Assembly (NCBI GenBank): GCA_963765145.1
Contig: CAVXVG010000027.1
Location: forward strand, 160,001-224,000
Direction of reading: 5' to 3'
Source: Parachlamydiales bacterium
Lineage (GTDB): Bacteria > Chlamydiota > Chlamydiia > Chlamydiales > JAJFMK01
Length of the DNA stretch: 64,000 nt
Positions within the stretch are counted from its first letter, which is position 1; every line of letters begins with the position of its first letter. The notes below the pieces were generated by a model. That model did no database searches. It had not been told where the DNA came from and was given only the letters and a program-made list of their open reading frames with translations. Both the position numbers and the translations under genes were made by a program. Below, piece by piece: positions 60,147-64,000 of this stretch.

Positions 60147-62792
60147 ATGGCTTCTATTCATGAATCTGGAGGGCAACGCCCTATCTTTCAGGGAACACCT
60201 GATCAGGCGTTAAAGGAAATGCACGGACTATTGGATGTCGGCTATGGCAAATTGGCCCATTCCAAGGTGTTGGGGTCGGAAAGTAGCATTGCCTCTGCAA
60301 GGGCATGTCTTACAAAAGTGGGCATGCTTCTTGAGCAAACAAAGGGGCTGTCAGAGCAGGACCGGCAAAAGGTTGTGCAGAAAAAAACTGATCTTGAAAC
60401 AAAAATATTTAGTTTAGACAACGACACGACCAAACGGGGGGCTGTCGGCAAATTATGGAGTAAAGTCTTTGGATCGTTTTTCCATTCGGAAAAAGCTCAA
60501 TTAGGAAAGCTTTCCTCAGAAGAGCTTGCCGTTCTTTATCATTCTGGCAATGCACAAACAGCAGGAAAACAAGGCGCCATTAAAGATGCCTTCCTTGCAA
60601 AAGGCGATAAGCTGGTCTCTGATTTTAAAAAAATGACAACAGAGAATGACCCAGCAAAACTGCGTCAATATATCAAATCAGGCATGCACCAAGAGCTGCT
60701 TGATTACCATTTTGCTGCCTTGGCAATTGACGATCCTGAAAACAAACAAAGCCATATTGATGCGATTGCGACTTTGATGGTCAAAGCCAAAATGGTCAAT
60801 ATAGATTTTATGGACCCGCGAACAAAAGGGAATCCAGAGATCAACAAAGCCATATTCGCAAAGGCAGAAGAGATATTAGACCGCAAGAATGATGATACCC
60901 CTCTTCATCTTAAAGATGTCCTTCTGAATAAGTTGGGCGATTTGTTGCCCCTTGGTCAAGTAAGGGAGCTAAAAGAAGGGCACAAAATTGATCCAGCAGA
61001 GCCGGATACGCAAAAGCAGTTCTTAAAAGAAGTGGGTCTGGAAGGTAGTAAAAAACCAATTCGCGATCTTGCCAAAATGGCATCCAAGGAAATGAAGAGT
61101 CGAACTCCCGAAGGGTTCGAAAAAGCCCGTCTTGCTTTGCTAATAGGGCACGAAATGGTAGAAGCGCACATGCCCCATGGCAAAGATTGGGACAAAGCTG
61201 CAAGTACCTATGTTAAATCGTACATGTCAGGTGCAGTACATCTGATGAGTTTTAATGCTGACAAGGCTGCTTTGGCAACAATAGATACTGCTTTAGAAAT
61301 CTATGAGTTACGAACCACTCAAGATAAAGCTACACATGCATTGGGAGATAAGATGAAGGTCGTTTTAGAGGATCCGAAGATTAAAAATGCGTTCACGGCT
61401 CGCAGAACCCTCAATGATGCAACTTCGTTAATGGAACAATGTGAGCGTGCGGCAGATGAAGCTCAATTATTCGGATCTTTAGAGGGAGGCTTAGCTGAAG
61501 AAGACACCCCACTTGGTGGAGCTAAGCAAGCTCTTAAGGAATTAAAAGCCATGAAGAGCAAGATCGATGACTTGAGTCGTCGACACGACACTGCTGCATT
61601 ACCCGTACAAGAGACGTATGCTGCTGCCATTGCTAGGGCAGAATTCGCTGTGACACGAGCAGAGTTAAGTTTTGGAAAGACACCTACAAACCTTGCTCCT
61701 CCTCCTCCCCTAACTCCCTCTCAAGTAGACGCCGATCTTTTCACCTCTATTTCTTCTGCCATTCCCCTTCCTCCAACCTCTCCCGTCCTGACAGAATCGA
61801 TGGTTTCTTTTGCTTCAACATCGACATTATCGACGCAAACGGCTGCATCCACAGCCTCTCCAATAACTGAATCGCCATTTGCAAGACTTGATGCTGTGGT
61901 AAAACAAAGAGAATACTCGGCGCTCTTGGGAGGAAAGTCTGTGGATTCTCCTCTCAGGCCATTAGGTGAGCTATATATGCTAAAGCATTCTGCTACAACG
62001 CTACCAGGTAAAGAGGGTGAATTGAAGCTGGTCGAAGCAGCCATTCAGAAAAGGTTAAATGCAGCCAATGAGCTTAATTTAAAATTGGTAAAAATGAAAA
62101 AAGGGACGGAGATTAGAAAGGCGTTGGATGCTTCTCCTAGTGCCTTCAAGGATCTTTTAGAGCATGCTCTCATTCTGGCAGAAGAAGGGGCAGGTAAAGA
62201 TGAAAATCAACACTATTTAGTTGCCATATATGTAAAGGCAACGCTTGCAGGCGTTAAGATAGATGCCCCAACTAGTTTCCGAATTGAAAGCTTGAAATGG
62301 GAAGAAAAGGGACATAAATCCCTATTTTTGATGCAACTAGAAGCATCTCCTTTGGGAAAAAAACAACCAGTGATTCAAGCATTAGCTCAAACTATACCTA
62401 ATTGGGGCAGTCCTGAGAGGCAGAAAATGAGAGCAATCGTTTCTGAAGTCGCAAACGGAGACATTCGCCTGCTTAAATCTTATGCTAACAGAAGTTCTGT
62501 TCAAGAGCAGAGAAACCGATTCAAATCGTTGTTTCAAGGCCACGTCAAACTTGCTCTGCTTGAAGGGCATCCATTAAAAGAGCAGAGCTTGGATTTTCTT
62601 GCCGACATGCTCATCTTTAGGGCCCGTTCAGGCGTAGATTTCCATCTTGACCAAAGGGACATCCAACTTTTGAATAAAAACCCAGAGGCCAAAGCAGCTA
62701 TACTGCAGAGAGTTGGGGCGCAATTAGAAAGGCTTCCCACTACAGAAGGGCAAGCTGATTTATATAATAAAATCGAGAATACCCTAGCGTAA
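60147..62792 (+). CDS. Large helical hypothetical protein with Pro/Ser/Thr-rich linker, effector-like
   Basis: GAGGTG RBS; starts MASIHESG; APPPPLTP...PLPPTSP segment. Confidence 0.7.
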   Translation: MASIHESGGQRPIFQGTPDQALKEMHGLLDVGYGKLAHSKVLGSESSIASARACLTKVGMLLEQTKGLSEQDRQKVVQKKTDLETKIFSLDNDTTKRGAVGKLWSKVFGSFFHSEKAQLGKLSSEELAVLYHSGNAQTAGKQGAIKDAFLAKGDKLVSDFKKMTTENDPAKLRQYIKSGMHQELLDYHFAALAIDDPENKQSHIDAIATLMVKAKMVNIDFMDPRTKGNPEINKAIFAKAEEILDRKNDDTPLHLKDVLLNKLGDLLPLGQVRELKEGHKIDPAEPDTQKQFLKEVGLEGSKKPIRDLAKMASKEMKSRTPEGFEKARLALLIGHEMVEAHMPHGKDWDKAASTYVKSYMSGAVHLMSFNADKAALATIDTALEIYELRTTQDKATHALGDKMKVVLEDPKIKNAFTARRTLNDATSLMEQCERAADEAQLFGSLEGGLAEEDTPLGGAKQALKELKAMKSKIDDLSRRHDTAALPVQETYAAAIARAEFAVTRAELSFGKTPTNLAPPPPLTPSQVDADLFTSISSAIPLPPTSPVLTESMVSFASTSTLSTQTAASTASPITESPFARLDAVVKQREYSALLGGKSVDSPLRPLGELYMLKHSATTLPGKEGELKLVEAAIQKRLNAANELNLKLVKMKKGTEIRKALDASPSAFKDLLEHALILAEEGAGKDENQHYLVAIYVKATLAGVKIDAPTSFRIESLKWEEKGHKSLFLMQLEASPLGKKQPVIQALAQTIPNWGSPERQKMRAIVSEVANGDIRLLKSYANRSSVQEQRNRFKSLFQGHVKLALLEGHPLKEQSLDFLADMLIFRARSGVDFHLDQRDIQLLNKNPEAKAAILQRVGAQLERLPTTEGQADLYNKIENTLA

Positions 62793-62849
62793 CATCTCCT
62801 CAATAAAACTGATTGGCTCTCTCCACTGTTTGAAAAAAGTTTTTTTCTT

Positions 62850-62873
62850 CGCAACGCGTTTGGAGCACTAAAC
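62850..62873. repeat. Solo half-arm of family A
   Basis: CGCAACGCGTTTGGAGCACTAAAC with no partner arm. Confidence 0.7.
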
Positions 62874-62981
62874 TGCTGAAAAAGTGTATTGCCCTGTAAA
62901 TGAACAATTTATAAAACAAATTTCTTAATCTTTTGTTTATGTATGCCTAGTAGGCTTGGGGTATAAAAGTGAGGCTTTTTT

Positions 62982-64000
62982 ATGTCTGTCACCGGTGATT
63001 CCAAAGATTATGCGGCTATTTCACGCCAACTCGACACGGCACTTGATTATGTTGGCAAGGCCAAGGGAACTAAGGATCCAACACGGAAAGATCACCTCGG
63101 AGAAGCTGACAATATTTTACGCACAATAGGCGAAGAGCTTCTAAGCTCAAAAGAAGTTATTGAAGGCCACGGATCTATCTTAAAGGTTTTGGAGAAGTAC
63201 AATCACGTCCTGAAAAAGTATGACGAGGTAAAAGCTTATGCTGATAGCAATGAGGGAGTTGTTCGAGGTAAGCCTTTAGAAAAGGTGAAGTTGTTTTTCA
63301 ATAAAGTTCTTTATACGAAGCTTGGCGCAGAGACTGAAAAAGGACTTTTTGATGCTGCTTCAGACCTTTTAGATGGGAAAATAAAAGTCAAAGAAGGTGA
63401 AAGTAAGAAAACGGTGCATGTCAATCGAAAACAGGTTGAGGAAGACTACAAAGAACTATATGCTAATTTTTTGAAGACGGGAAAAGTCGATCAAGAAGCA
63501 CTTGATAAATGCAAAAAGGATTTAGCTCTTTTACACCAAGGGTTGGATGATTATGGCGTTTCCGGCAAAACTACTCCCGGTAAGCCAACAAGTTTTCAGC
63601 AGTTGACACCAGAAGAAACGGGTAAATATTGGCCAGGCGCAGGCGCTTTACGCAGAAAGTTGGTTCTAGAGCTTGCAAAAGTAACTTCTTTAGAGGCACG
63701 TCTTGTCGCTTTAGAGAACGCGAAGGCCCCAGAAGGCATACCTAAATTTGAAACGAACGCAGAGACAGTCAAAACATTACCTGCTAAGAGCATAGAAGTT
63801 ACTGTTAGAGAGTTAAGAACGGCTTTGGCTCAAGCCAAAGAATCAGGGGTATCTCGTGAACAGATTGGTCGAATGGAATTGGCCTTACATCAGTACACAG
63901 AAGCATTCAATGCGAAGTTAACCAAACTAGTTAAGTTAGATCAAAAATTTTCTGTCGGAGAGTCAATCGGAAAAGATTCCAAGCAGATCGATGAGGCGAT
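62982..64000 (+). CDS. Hypothetical helical protein (runs off window end; not in ORF track)
   Basis: GAGG RBS; ATG at 62982; MSVTGDSKDYAAISRQLD...; the frame is open to the end of the window. Confidence 0.75.
   Translation, partial: MSVTGDSKDYAAISRQLDTALDYVGKAKGTKDPTRKDHLGEADNILRTIGEELLSSKEVIEGHGSILKVLEKYNHVLKKYDEVKAYADSNEGVVRGKPLEKVKLFFNKVLYTKLGAETEKGLFDAASDLLDGKIKVKEGESKKTVHVNRKQVEEDYKELYANFLKTGKVDQEALDKCKKDLALLHQGLDDYGVSGKTTPGKPTSFQQLTPEETGKYWPGAGALRRKLVLELAKVTSLEARLVALENAKAPEGIPKFETNAETVKTLPAKSIEVTVRELRTALAQAKESGVSREQIGRMELALHQYTEAFNAKLTKLVKLDQKFSVGESIGKDSKQIDEA

Overview
This window is chromosomal DNA from an environmental chlamydia (phylum Chlamydiota). The assignment is inferred from a chlamydial-type ThyX, Cys-rich outer-membrane proteins, and gene orders I recall from Chlamydia (dusB-yggT-three conserved ORFs-ygfA; rodA/birA; sppA-polA-coaE-rho). 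Two things stand out. (1) An ~11 kb minus-strand respiratory cluster: GltD/NfnB-like NAD(P)H flavo-FeS protein, ccoS-like peptide, Rieske protein, fused cytochrome b6/subunit IV, a 1246-aa heptaheme cytochrome c, cbb3 oxidase ccoN and ccoO, a small membrane peptide, and a heme-less CcoP N-terminal peptide. It resembles anammox Rieske/cytochrome b-NAD(P) oxidoreductase clusters, here joined to an oxygen reductase. (2) A dense set of at least six or seven families of REP/REPIN-like palindromic elements, nested inside one another in different combinations. One copy is translated in frame inside the heptaheme cytochrome, and another hosts an IS. Also present: kdpFABCD with a KdpD lacking the canonical H-box His and no adjacent kdpE, four autotransporter-family genes (two nearly passenger-less), umuD and umuC about 7 kb apart, a Rho with a Q/N-rich N-terminus, and several effector-like orphans. 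Single-base indels in short homopolymers (polA, ygfA) suggest assembly errors. I found no rRNA, tRNA or CRISPR array. All calls come from reading motifs; no searches were run.
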